Shown here in pieces: positions 39,723-52,449 of a stretch of DNA of 64,000 nucleotides; positions within the stretch are counted from its first letter, which is position 1, and each line of letters opens with the position of its first letter. The stretch lies in the NCBI RefSeq assembly GCF_963921235.1, contig NC_086108.1:39558001-39622000 (forward strand), given 5' to 3'. Below the pieces are notes generated by a model. The model saw only the letters and a list, made by a program, of their open reading frames with translations. It had not been told where the DNA came from and made no database searches. Both the position numbers and the translations under genes were made by a program. This stretch comes from Mobula hypostoma. Taxonomy: Eukaryota.

Positions 39723-42700
39723 GTAAGAGCGAAAACAGCAGCTAGACCTGATTTGTTTTTTTTAAACACGGGGAACTAATTTGTTTCTTCACTGCTGAAG
39801 TGTTTCTGTGTTTAGAGATTCCGTTAAGTGCATTTTTGTTTTGAAAATATCTCAGTGACATTTACAGAACGGTGTGGTTTTAATACATCGCAGCGACAAA
39901 AAATATCATTGTGTCTGCTGGCCAATTTGCTCCTGTGACTAAAGATATACAGTATATACAGATTAAAATTATAGCAGAAAAAATATGCAGATAATCAATC
40001 GCCTTGTGAATATATGTAGGTCCTTACTCAATAGGGTGGTTCCACAACATTGTTTTAATAGCTTTATAACCCATGAATTAAGCATCAATACACTGGCCGA
40101 TTTAACTTTTATAAATGCCAAATGGAAAATTGTATTTACACCAATAGCGATTCGCAAAAGAAAAGTACACTTTATTCAAATGCCCGCCAGTAAGCTCTGT
40201 TTGAATAATTGCGAATTCCGCCCAAAAGGTTTAGCAGAGCAACGTTTACTTTATCCTGTGTTGTACAATTTAAAATACGATAACTCGTGAAGCTTAACGG
40301 CGAAACAGTGGATAGAGTAAATGGAATATAAAATATACTAGTTTACTCCAGTCTTTTATACAATAGTTGGAGTCCTCCTGATGGCATTCTCTTACTCTTA
40401 TTAGCCTTTTCAGCACATTTATTTATGGTGCCGTTTCAACTTGACATTAACCGGCTTTTAAACTCTCTGCTTCCAGACCATGCCTTCTATTAATTCGGAT
40501 AAACCTGCCTTGTGCGCCGGCTGTGGTGGTAAAATAGCTGATAGGTATTACCTGCTGGCTGTAGACAAACAGTGGCATCTAAGATGTCTAAAGTGCTGTG
40601 AATGTAAACTCGCTCTGGAGTCCGAATTAACTTGCTTCGCCAAGGACGGCAGCATTTACTGCAAGGAGGATTACTACAGGTAATCAAACACACCTCTTTC
40701 AGATTCTGAAAACGAACCGTGCAAACTGTTCTGCACGTGAAGATTACTATCGCTCGACTTAACCCGATCACATTAGGGTCCGGCTTTCTCTGCTGAATTG
40801 CACTAAAGCCGTATTTATTTTCCAGCGAAATGCTAACGAGTTCAGTGTTAAAATTCGCGTATAAAGACAACTCGTTGTTTCTTTATAGTCAAACAGATTC
40901 GGAAGTTGGCGCGGCCATCGGTAGACAGCCGCGTTAATCGGGATTTGCCGTTAAAACAGACGTGAAATTCTTGCGTTGGTTTGACGGGGAAGCTGTGCGC
41001 TTTACTTCCTTTGTTGTAGGCCCCTGGGAAGAAAACAACTATGTCAAATGCAACTCCGCTTTTTGTTTACTAATTATGCGGCCATAACTGTACGTTTGCC
41101 TGTTGTAGAGAGTTTAAGCCTTACAATAATTAAAAAAACTGCGGTCAGTAGAGTGTTACAACAAACGTCAGCAGGCATAAATGAGTACCTGTTTTAATTA
41201 TGTGAGGATGCTACCATGGAACTAATTTTACTTTATAGTTCATAAAAATGATTTTAATAATATTGAAATGAAATCAGTCAACATTTGTTTCTTAATGTGA
41301 TGTTTTGTCTGATTGGATCAGTCGGATTTTTAAAGTTGACTGTAGAAATTTGGTGAGCAGAAAAGAGGAAATTCTCCAAGTAGTGTGGGAGATTCATGCC
41401 CCCGAGTTAGCTAATAACTGGTTAATTTGTTATTCAATCCGTTTACCAACACGGGCACATACAGGCATGGATAACAGCATGGATAAATTTATACAGGCAG
41501 GATTTAACACGGATGAATTTGCAGAACTTCTATAAAAAGGACTCGAGTTCGTGTGGACCATGAAAAAGCTGAAATTCGTGTTTAAATACTAATTAATCAG
41601 AAATACAATAACACACGATGAATTGTTCCTCGACAGTTTTGAGCTTGGAAATGAATTTTCATCCGGTGCAGGAATGCATCTATTTCTAAAGGTTGTGTCC
41701 TTTGTTTTTGCAGGAGATTTTCCGTGCAACGCTGTTCCCGCTGCCACCTCGGAATATCTGCCTCTGAAATGGTTATGCGAGCCAGGGACTCAGTTTATCA
41801 TTTGAGTTGTTTCACGTGTACAACTTGCAACAAAACATTAACCACAGGCGATCACTTTGGCATGAAAGATAATTTGGTTTACTGCAGAGTTCACTTCGAG
41901 TCTCTGGTGCAAGGAGACTATCACACGCAACTGAACTACACGGAGCTTGCTGCAAAGAGCGGGGGTCTCGGTTTGCCTTACTTCAACGGAACCGGCACCG
42001 TTCAGAAAGGACGGCCCAGGAAAAGAAAAAGCCCTGCTCTAGGAGTTGATATCCCAACTTATAACCAAGGTGGGGAAGCTGTTGGTAAAGAAAATGTTGT
42101 GTTAATAATAATAATGGAAACGCGTTAAATATTGTGGAAGATACCAGCTGCCAATTTGCTCATAATACAGCCAGCACGTCAAAAATCCTTTTAACTTTTA
42201 AAATTGCCTAAACATATAACTACTAGAGTAATATTTTCAATGAGTTCGCAAATCAACAGATAACATCTCAAAGGTCTACTTCTAACTTACAACCGACTGC
42301 CAAAGAACAATTTAGAAATGCTTCATTTATATAGTTCGTATTATGCAAATACCGCGTGAAAAAAATCCTATAAGTGGAACCCGTGTTATCCATATCAGTT
42401 TCTTTTTGGCAAACCTCCGAGGTGTTTGTTTTCTTTAACCGAAGGAATCTTGTTCTTTATTTTTTTTTGTGTGTTTGGTGGGTCAGAAATCGTTCTGCGC
42501 ATTTCGATTTTTCGTGAATGCAACTGAACATAATTTCATAAGTATCGACAAAAATTAAACGAATGGTTTGTAGACGTTCCACACACTGAACCCAATTATA
42601 TACTAGTTCATTGTGTCCTTTGTAGATATTTCTTAATTGCGATTTTTCTTCAAAGCAGTTTGGCGCGCACGCTAGAGTTTGATGTTCAAATGAATGGAAG

Positions 42701-45700
42701 AAGAATCACGTAATCTGGAGGTTAATTGTTTTGTGTTAATTAGACGTGACATAGGAATCCCTGGTTTCCAGTCACGCATAAATCACCCCTGCGAGCTCAA
42801 AATGTGTTGTAACTTGAAGTAACATGGGCCTAATATACTCACTAGTATATTCCTTTGCCGTCAGCATTCATTTTCGACTAAAGTAAAATAATATATCCTT
42901 TTAAATATTCATTATTTTCGTATTGAAGCTTTCTTGTCAGGAAGAAGAGTGCTTATATTCACTTCGTGTAGAACTCACTGTCCACTTTGTGTGAAAATCA
43001 TAACATTCATATGATCTTTTTAATGGTGACATAGTTGCAGATTATAATTACTTTAAAGATGGATTTGAAGATACCTAATACAATCAGAGTGCTGTTGGTA
43101 CTAATTTCTGCGTATGTAATTGAAAATTCGAACCACTTATCACGCGTGTTATTTTCTATCCAATGAAGATGAAGATGCGCTAAAATTCATCTCATAGAAA
43201 CTGTTTAATGAGATTAGTGTGATTCACAGGGATGGAAAACTGTCGACTTCTTGAGTACAGTGTTTGAATTCATTTAGGTATAATCTATAGATATATTTTC
43301 CCTCAAAACAAAAAGTTAGTAACTTTAAGAGTTAAAAAAATGAAACTGCACCTGGTATTTCTCTAACTAGGAAGGTATCCCTGCTGATCTAATTATTTAC
43401 ACCCTTCTAAAGCGAATAATCTAAAATATTAAGATTAGATTTGTGTCGAAATCACCCTTGCGCAAACTGGGTAGACGGCCATCACACTGAAATTATACGT
43501 AAACGACAAGTATAAAACAGTCACATAGAAAGTGATTTAACATCAATAATTCTACCCATTTACTAAAAAAGTAATAAGCAAATAGCAAATATAGTTTGAA
43601 AGGTATGTATTTTTAAAATATGGTTTTATTGATTACAGCAACATAATCGCTAGGAAACGCCTTTCAAATTCCAAACAAGGCATCTTCTTGCATTTACTAG
43701 AAGAAACACCGAACTGTTAGTTGGATTAATAAATGCAACACACGTTGTGGTAAATACTTTGGGATTGGTAGTTACAGTTGCCCTAGCAAAACTTTTTATC
43801 AGTGGTGGACGCGCTCTGTTAAATTAACTGCTGCAAACGTACTTAACGAAATTGATTCCTCCCATGGGTTTAGTATCAAACATGTTACTTCACACAAGAA
43901 CAAGGCCATCGCCTTTTGCGTTAACATTATTTGTAATATAATATTTTGAGGAGAAATTTTCAAAATGTAAAAAAGTTTGGGGGCTTGATAGCATTTTTAT
44001 AAGTAGAGCGGTAGGCTGCTTTAAGAAAATCGAGCTATTGTGGAGCTAACAGAAGCCGTAGTACAACTGATAGTGATAACAATTGTATCATTATATTGAA
44101 ACACAATTTTCAGGGATAAGGGATTAGCGCCATCTAGTGAAGAGGAGCATATGAAAGAACGTGCACACGAGTAGCATATGCAATTCTCTGTGTGAGAAGT
44201 AATTAATACACAGCATGGTTGTATTTGTGAATCCTAGGATGCAACGAAAACGACGCTGACCATTTGGACAGGGAACAGCAATCGTACCCACCAACCCAGA
44301 AAACCAAGCGCATGCGCACATCCTTCAAACACCACCAGCTTCGCACCATGAAGTCCTATTTCGCCATAAATCACAACCCTGATGCGAAAGATTTAAAGCA
44401 ACTTGCTCAGAAAACTGGGCTCACCAAAAGAGTTTTGCAGGTAAGAGACATTCGTATTTATAATCAAGATTTAAGCCCTATTACCCCATCTCTCCGTAAT
44501 GTTCTATAGCTACCAATGACAGAACGCTCTCAATTCAAAGCACTGACACCTGAACAGAGTAATAATTAATAGAGACAAATAATTTGGGAAAAAAGAACAG
44601 TTATGGGGGTGGTATACCACAAGGATTTACAATTGAGAGTCATTGTCTATGTTTCATCCACTTTTAAATTTATGTTAAGGTTGGTAACACCAGTGTTCCT
44701 TTTTGTCCCAGATTGTAAGCACCCAGTTACCCCGAGAAATAGACTCCTGAATATCAATACTTGGGCTTTGAATACATAATTCGGAATAGATATACCTCAA
44801 AACTTATCTAAAATGATAATTCTCCAAACTTGCTAACCATTAGAATGAAATACATTTCCAACGGCGCACGCCTTTCATTGTTAATTAATGTCTGAAAATT
44901 AAATAATTGTAGGATCTAATAGCACGATATACATATATGAGCAATGGGGAATAGCTGCTGACAGACGATTATCACAAAATCAACTCAAGTACGACAGCTA
45001 AGAAAAGGGAGCTACTGATTAGTTCCAATGCCCGGATTGATTAACTTTGCGGTAGCGCCCAGGATCACTTGCTGGGCTGTGGAACTGAGAGGGGCCGAGG
45101 GGTGTGTGTGTGTGTGGGGAGGGGGGCGGTGTTGGAGGCTTGGTTTCGGGGAAAATAATAGAAGCACTCTGGAGAGCTTTCACCACTTCATCACACACTA
45201 GCATTGCAATGATGGTGGATGCAACATACGACTCGAATATACTCATTCTATATTTTTAGTTCTTTACTCGTTAGGTAACAATTTGATTTGTGTTCAATTG
45301 TTATAAACATAACTAGCATTGTGTAGGCGAATCAATGATATTAAATGTTACCAGTTTCTGTTTGCATTGTCACAATCAGCAGCCCCAATCCATTTAATGC
45401 TGATCTAGTTAATTGTTAGTTTTAGCTGTTTAAATAATTTATCTATATATCTATATCTATTTATCTATATATAGAAATAATTTGTGGTTTGTGATTAGAT
45501 AATAGCATCAAAAAATCGGTAAAAAGATTACATGGGATTGGTTTGCAGGTTTGGTTTCAAAACGCAAGAGCCAAATTCAGAAGGAACCTTTTGCGACAGG
45601 AGAATGGGGGTGTTGATAAACCTGACGGCACTGCACTGCCCGCCCCGCCCCCAGCAGACAGGTCCGGCGCCGCTCTAAGTCCAAGCAGCACTTCGACCAC

Positions 45701-45812
45701 TTTAACAGACTTGACCAATCCCACTCTGTCAGTAGTGACGTCTGTGACCACTAACCTGGACGTGCACGAATCCGGGAGTCCGTCACAAACTACCTTAACG
45801 AACCTTTTCTAA
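39549..45812 (+). CDS. lhx9: LIM/homeobox protein Lhx9, full-length isoform; join(39549..39722,40477..40679,41714..42069,44238..44440,45549..45812), 399 aa
   Basis: Spliced translation gives two LIM domains (CAGCGGKIADRYYLLAVDKQWHLRCLKC...; CSRCHLGISASEMVMRARDSVYHLSCFTC...), the homeodomain (KTKRMRTSFKHHQLRTMKSYFAINHNPDAKDLKQLAQKTGLTKRVLQ|VWFQNARAKFRR) and the C-terminus SPSQTTLTNLF. The N-terminus (MLFHGISGG..GIMEEMERRSK) and linker (LSY/LNYTELAAKSGGL) are Lhx9-type rather than Lhx2-type. All introns are GT-AG and exon lengths sum to 174+203+356+203+264=1200. Confidence 0.97.
40477..40679 (+). CDS. lhx9: lhx9 coding exon 2 (LIM1)
   Basis: Acceptor ctctctgcttccag|ACC ATG CCT and donor TAC AG|gtaatc. 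Encodes the first LIM domain. Confidence 0.97.
41714..42069 (+). CDS. lhx9: lhx9 coding exon 3 (LIM2 and basic linker)
   Basis: Acceptor tttgtttttgcag|G AGA TTT TCC and donor CAA G|gtgggg. Encodes LIM2 and KGRPRKRKSP. Confidence 0.96.
44238..44440 (+). CDS. lhx9: lhx9 coding exon 4 (homeodomain helices 1-2 and start of helix 3)
   Basis: Acceptor atcctag|GA TGC AAC GAA AAC (GCNENDADHLDR) and donor TTG CAG|gtaaga. Confidence 0.96.
45549..45812 (+). CDS. lhx9: lhx9 coding exon 5 (recognition helix VWFQN and C-terminus)
   Basis: Acceptor ggtttgcag|GTT TGG TTT CAA AAC, stop TAA at 45810-45812. Confidence 0.96.
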   Translation, partial: VWFQNARAKFRRNLLRQENGGVDKPDGTALPAPPPADRSGAALSPSSTSTTLTDLTNPTLSVVTSVTTNLDVHESGSPSQTTLTNLF

Positions 45813-46322
45813 TATTTTTAGCAGATTCCTTTACAACAGAACAAAAATCCCTGGGAAGTAAACAAAAACAAGTCCTGTTGTTGTGTAGGATGATTTTGTT
45901 AAATAACTGATATGAATATATATATTTTTTGTTTATTGACGAATTCTAGTTTACAACAGTAGAAAAAACAGTTTACAAAAAAATGTCAATGGACTGTGCA
46001 GTGGTGACTGCGCATGCTGGAATATAATTCCATTTCCAATAATATCTTTCTTAAGGCTTCCAGATTAAAATTTTAAAGAACCTTCAATCTTAGATTTTAA
46101 GTTTCCCTCCACACTGGTCATGTAAACATTCTTTTCTCTTCACTTCTGCTGAGCGTGCTCATCATTATAAAGGATGCCTCTGCAACTGCAGGGTTGTCAT
46201 AGGGAGAGAGGGAGATTAATAAGAAAATGAGCCCAGTTTTAATAGAGCCAATCCCATGCGCACTCACCAGTGAACATCTGTTCAGCCTATGCGTTATTGT
46301 CATATGTACCGGTACCAACATT

Positions 46323-46332
46323 AATAAATAAA
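46323..46332 (+). promoter_or_regulatory. Candidate polyadenylation signal for the exon-5 isoform
   Basis: Overlapping AATAAATAAA ~510 nt after the stop codon. A second AATAAATAAA lies at ~47123. Confidence 0.3.
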
Positions 46333-46489
46333 ACTCGCCAAGATTATAAAATATACCGTTCTTTGGAAGAGCGGAACATGGTACAGGATCTTCTTTTAAC
46401 CAAGTGGGATCCATCACAGCTTTATCATGTGCCTTACGATATTTCTGAAGAAAGTCTGTGACGTGGTGTAGATTCGTGTTTCCCTTGTT

Positions 46490-46595
<106 letters not shown>

Positions 46596-47725
46596 CAATG
46601 CCCTTCTGACACCTCACAAGTTTTGTATTGTTACCTCTTTTTCTGAAAACCTTTTTTTGGGAAAACTGTTAAAAACGGCATTTGCATTTGTCCTCGAAGG
46701 CAAATATGAACACTGTCTCACTAGAGTAGTTGGTATTCCCGATGTTAAGTGCTGAAAAGTACGTTCGAGGTTCTTCTGTTGATCTTCGTGTTTATGATTA
46801 GTACAGTAAGTGGTTTGATGAGATTGTTGATGTTACTTTGTTTTAAAATGAATACACTGTACAGGCGCGTTCTCCCCTTAAATATTTATGGACCAAACGT
46901 TTGTGATATCTTATTAAAATTGTGTGATTAAAACAGTTTGTTTGATCGTTTTCAGTTTAGCCTTATTTCATGCGGCGTTTATATTATGAAATCAAATAAG
47001 TTCCTCATGCTGTGTCTATGTGAATTGTGTATGGACGAGTGACCTTACGTGTGAAACTCGTTTGAACCAGAAAAATTCGGTAATAATACAAAAGGTGGAT
47101 GTAGAGACATAGCACCATTTAAAATAAATAAATCAGGATCTAAACATTTTATCCGTTCAAGCAGAAAGCACTAATGTTATAAAAAGTGCCTGGAATGAAT
47201 GAAAACACAACACACGAAGCTTCTTTCTGAAGTTATAGATTGTATGTTTGTACCAGCATTACTTTTCAACGATCTCTATTTTTTCAATTGTCTATTTACG
47301 ACTCTAAAATGGCCACTTATTTAAAATAAATGAAAGATGTTTCAGGGACAAAAACATAGGAAACAACTGTGCTTTAGATAGCGAAAGAAACACGACTGTA
47401 TATAATCAGGAAGAAAGTGTGCAAGTAAGGTCAGATTGTTGATAAGAGATACCCAAAATGGATTAGAATTTAAATACTCGCTCCAGCAGGTTAGGAACGC
47501 CACACGTTTTTTTAAAAAGGGGAAGCTAAATCAACAGGAAACTATAGAAATTCAGGGAAAACTAATGCCAAAACAGTCAAAGTCCAAACAATGTAAATTT
47601 ACATTTTTCAAAATAGTTTTTTCAAGAAACGTTAGAAATATTTTCCATGTAAAAACATAACAAAAAGACCCCGAAAGGACAGGTTGCTCTGTAGTTTAAT
47701 AAACTGTTACTATGATTTCTTTCAG

Positions 47726-47782
47726 GGAGAACAAATCTTGGGGCATTACAGCCACACTTCCCGACGTTTGAAAATTCCCTAG
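47726..47782 (+). CDS. lhx9: lhx9 alternative terminal exon (Lhx9-alpha), GEQILGHYSHTSRRLKIP*
   Basis: Acceptor tatgatttctttcag|GGA GAA CAA ATC TTG GGG CAT TAC AGC CAC ACT TCC CGA CGT TTG AAA ATT CCC TAG. Phase 0 matches the exon 4 donor. The peptide closely matches the mammalian Lhx9-alpha tail as I recall it (GEQILGHYSQTSRRLKIP). Confidence 0.9.
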   Translation, partial: GEQILGHYSHTSRRLKIP

Positions 47783-50700
47783 GTATTTTAAGAAGGGGGA
47801 AGGTTGATCGGAATTCAACATCAGTGAAGACAAAGACTATATTAACACACAATTAAATATCCTAAAACTTTACTCAGATACATAACTACAATAAGACTCC
47901 AAAATGTCATTTGCTTGAATGTTTAAGCTAATGTAGGACGCAACGTGTTGTATATTTTTTACTTTTAAGCTATCAGTGGACATACATGTAGAGAGAAGAT
48001 AAAGAATGCGCTGGACTTTGAAGGAATTAGGATGTGGTTAGGACAGGCCATTGCACAGTCGAGCTGACCAATAAATTTTTTTTCGGAGATCAAACGCAGC
48101 GCTATGTCTGTATACTGCGATTCTAAGTGTATAATTAATTTGATATCCATTTGTAATGTGGAGACTTGGTTATGATGATTATAAGCGACATTCTTATCAC
48201 AGGGATTATCAATGTTAAGGCATTTTGAGTCTAAATTCGCAAACCCTTCGAGCCCACAGGCGACATTTTGGTATTTCTGGTTGTAAATCGAAACGGAGAA
48301 ACGTTGTGCATGCTATTATAATGCTTTTTCGAAATTCTTTTAATTATCAAAGGGTCGGATGTAATATTGTCAGTACTGTTCTTGGGTGATGTATACATTT
48401 TCATTGGTTGATGTTAATTGTAATAAACAGCTTTCAGTATTGAACACATTCGCCTGCTTAATGCAACAAATGAGTATCTTCTCTCAAAAAAATGTCAATT
48501 TTATAGAAGATTTCTCACGGACTGAAATCACTTACGCTTTTTAATAAATTGTTATCTTCCTTCAACTGATTAATTTGTTGGAACGATTTTACGCAAAGCA
48601 CGGTCCCCCAGCCTCTTCAAAGATTAAAATGGAAAATGTGGACACCAAGCGGATGGGTCATGCGCTGGAGCAATATCCTATTGAGGATGGTTTGGGGAGA
48701 TTTCCTACGCAGACATTATGAAAAGTATCATGCTTAAAGGTGACACCATACGGTACATTGTGACTCAAGGCTGTTTCTGTTTTAATAAGCAATTTGTATT
48801 AAGAAGCATTTTGTAAATTCCTGAAAACGAACAACAAATCGGAAATAAAAATAACAAAGGGAACCAGAGGGGTTGTGCTATTTTGCTTTAAAATGCTTTA
48901 TAATGCTTCCCAGAAACGAAGTATGTCTTCATTGCAATATATGTTGAGTAGCGAGACACATTTCACATACATTTACGTTTAAGAGGTGACATGTCAGTTA
49001 AGCGTCCACTGAAACCATTTACCCGGGCTTTTGTAACGAACACGGCCATATTGGTACATTGCTTACTGCCGAGAGAGAAAAAAAATCCAAAAATGCAACT
49101 GTATTGTGGAAAGCTGCGTGGTCCATATCAAATATCTTTTTCTGTGGTTCATCTATTTGAAATTGTAAGTTATATGTGTTTGTATGGCTTGCTTACACAA
49201 TCAAAAATAGTTAAACGCTTGCTTGCGGAATGAAATTGGAAAAGAATTGTTATTGTTTTGCACATAGTACACTCATATTAAAAAAAAAGACGGCTGTTCT
49301 TTTTAAAACCAGTCTATGCTATCCGGAGAGTAACATATGTAATTGTTGGAGATTCGGGGTGACTCCGTTGGAAACGAAACTCTGCTATATACTTGTAACA
49401 AATCAAATGGAATTGGTCAATGGCTGAGTCAACTATGTATACAAAAAAGAACGAGATTTAAAATAAAACGAACACGGTGGAAGTAAGCAATATGCTCGCT
49501 AGCATTTGAAAACATTACATTCAAAATGGAAACTCGGATACTTCGACTAAAAGGTAGTGCAAATGTAATAAGGAAATGTAATTTACAAAAACTCTGCCGC
49601 TGACAGGATTGCAATGCACCACACACATTTGAACAGCAAAACCTGAAAGGACAACATCTAATGCTTGATATAAACAATGTACATATTTCGAACATTTTCT
49701 AGTCCCTGGTGTGCGAGTATCTGTTTCTCATGATGTTAGGCACGACACGAACGGTTGATTCCACAGCTTTATGCCACAGCGGAGGAACGCAAGAAAATAA
49801 CTTTTGGGAATATATTACACAACAATACCCAATATCTTTTATAAGATTGTCATTTCGACACAGAACTTAAAAGGTGGAAAAAAAATGTCCGGTTTGATTT
49901 TCCCCGTTGTAAACAACTAACTTCAAGTTCTTTGCATTTCCCCTGGCCATTTCCCGGGAGCCAAGGGTTTCACAAATATTTGTGTTGTGGACCTCTTGTC
50001 TTTAAGAAGGTTAAATACCCCGTCTTTCCAGTGAGCGATGATCAGATGAGAGTGCAGTCGAGTACGCAGTCCACTTTCCTCTACAGCTTGAAAAAGGAAC
50101 CCTCCTTTGAAACCAAACACGCGCAATAATTGCAGACTTGTGGAAGGCATTCATGATAAGGGCAGGCTGCGTTAAGGATTTTGCAAGTATCTAGGAATTT
50201 CATTACTTAGGTCAGTTTCCTGGATTAATGTTTCCCAGGTAGTTTCTTAGTCGCTCATCTTCGCGCGCGCACAAGCACCCACACACACGAAAGCTAAATA
50301 TGTTTTTTTCTAACACTCCGAGCGGCCTTCCCAGTCCTATTGAACACCTCACTAAACATTGATGTAACAGTAACATAGGCACAAGTCTATTCTTCCTTTC
50401 TATATCATATTCTCACACGTTATAGAGGAATAAGGGAGAAAAAAAAGTTTGACTTTTACACTTCATCACACAGAACAATTAAATGCTGAGTTTTACATGA
50501 TCATCTATACCGTGATGAAAGTTTTTTTTCAGATTTACTGTATCAGTAGTGGTGCTGGGAACAAAACGCAACTCCACGTCACTGGAAACCTCTCGCTCCT
50601 TCAGAAGTAGATGAGTGGGAGCTCCCCCGTCAAAGAGGCAACAAAATAAAAATCAGTCAGCTGAAAATAGCACAGTGGAAAAGACAAGTCCGTCACGAGC

Positions 50701-51819
50701 ACCGGCTGAAAACTTAGAACCAAAACAAAAAGTTTTCAAAGTTTAGCAAGTATTTAGCAGGAAATTGCGCTTCATTCCCACCGGTACACTGTGAGGCTAG
50801 CGACATACTCCATTCATTTCCGAGTACTCCCTAGCCGGCAGCTTACAGAGAAACGGGCCGCCTGTTACACTTGGGGCACGCAGAAGCCGAGACCAGAAAA
50901 CAAAAGAGGGTTGGAACTCCGGTGTGACTACCTCAGAAGGATGTTTGGGCTCAAGTTGAGAGAGAAAGTTGTGGGATTGGGTAGGAAAGTTCCTGGCGTG
51001 ATCTGGTTCCGCAACCAGAAGCTGTGGGATAAGATCATCTTGGTCAAATTGACAGAAAATATAGAGATAACAAAAAAAGCAATAGACAAGGGAACTTCTC
51101 CTGCATTTGGACAAGCTGGGAATCCACAGGTCGAAGCTGAAATGGGACCGTATTCCTGAGGCGGAATCATCCGTTAAACGTCAGCATCCTCCGAGGTCTT
51201 CCAAACTCACTGGGAACAGCTGTGTTTGGTTGACAGGATAAATCATATCACTTTGAGGTGCAGGCGCCGTTACTTAACGCTAGGACTTTTTAAAAGGAAA
51301 ATAAAATTTAAAAAGTAACAAACAAAATACAGATCCCGGCATCTCCAATCTCTCGTGCCGACATTTTTAAGGCTGCTTTCATTAGTTTATATTGAGTCAA
51401 GCAAATTCTCTCGCAGTTTAAATAGACAAAATGATATGACCTTCAAAGTGCAAGTCTTCCGGAGTGAAACGTGCCTCCCTCAAGTGACTTGATATTATTA
51501 TTCATCTTGCTTCATAACATGCCGCACCAAACTTTTAAGTTAGCTTCGTTTAGAATCGAGCCTGCCCCTTCACCCACCGCTAGCGTTTGAAACCGGAATG
51601 GGGAGGGTAATTTGAAATCAAAACCTAACCTGCCTCTGGAATTAGGCAAGGAGACTCTTCCTCCACCCACATTCCCCTCCCCCATATCGGGTCGTCAGCC
51701 GTTCAAAGCACTGCAGGATTTACCAGGATACGACTTCATTTCTGCTGAGTACTTCCATTTAATGATTATGAAGAATTTGGGTAAGTGGGAGTCAAGCTCA
51801 GTAACAACAGGGGGAAAAA

Positions 51820-51990
51820 TGTGCAATGACGTGCGTCTCTTCACTTTCTAATTGGCCTGCGAAGACCAGGAAGCCAATAGCTTGGAGCTCACGTGAGGTT
51901 CAGAAACAGGAGACAACCTGTCCGCGGAATCAGCCACGTGGATGTACCCTGCTGGAGGGCAAGGTAGTGTTGGTGACGCGTGACAACAGA
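51820..51990. promoter_or_regulatory. Promoter/enhancer-like motif cluster at the 3' edge of the CpG-retaining domain
   Basis: TGACGTG ~51827, ATTGG 51851, CCAAT 51874, CACGTG at 51890 and 51935, and GTGACGCGTGAC ~51973, in locally GC/CpG-rich sequence. Confidence 0.35.
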
Positions 51991-52449
51991 GGGTGTACAA
52001 CAGCGGGACCGTCTGCAACTCCAGTCTGTCGGAAAATTCGTTGGTGCTGTACAGATACTGTGGTGTATACGTATGTTCTGGAGTGTAAATCACGTACATT
52101 GCTCAACACCTCGTAGTGATGCAGAACCCCACTCAGTGTATTAGCACTATGCGGTGTACTACCCTGTTATGTGGTGTTTAATTCTTTTTTGGTGTGTAAT
52201 TTCTGTATAACCCCTGTGATATCATTGTATTGCGATATGTACCCATTTCGAGTTCAAACTCCCCGAATGAGTTGTATTTATAGGTCCATTGTGATGTATA
52301 TTTTCCATGTGGTACCGATTTCCCGAATGCTTCTGCTACGTTTTTGGCAGACAACCACAGGGTCTTCCAAAACTCGCATGCTGGCGTAGAACTGCATTGC
52401 TGTTCATAATTCATTGCGGTGCCTTTCTCTGTCAAATTGCTTTACTATA

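Noticed and set aside
44441..44509. Exon 4 read-through (VRDIRIYNQ...) as another truncated isoform
   Set aside because: There is a strong GTAAGA donor and no recognisable peptide; nothing supports intron retention.
39549..45812. Assignment to the paralogue lhx2
   Set aside because: The N-terminus, the short LIM2-homeodomain linker, the TTLTNLF C-terminus and the alpha exon all point to lhx9.
50791..51170. Overlapping 80-122 aa ORFs in the downstream CpG-rich region
   Set aside because: No recognisable domain or convincing splice structure; probably chance ORFs in less AT-rich DNA.
51874..51895. ER-stress element (CCAAT-N9-CCACG)
   Set aside because: The sequence is CCAAT-N10-TCACG, so spacing and sequence do not fit.
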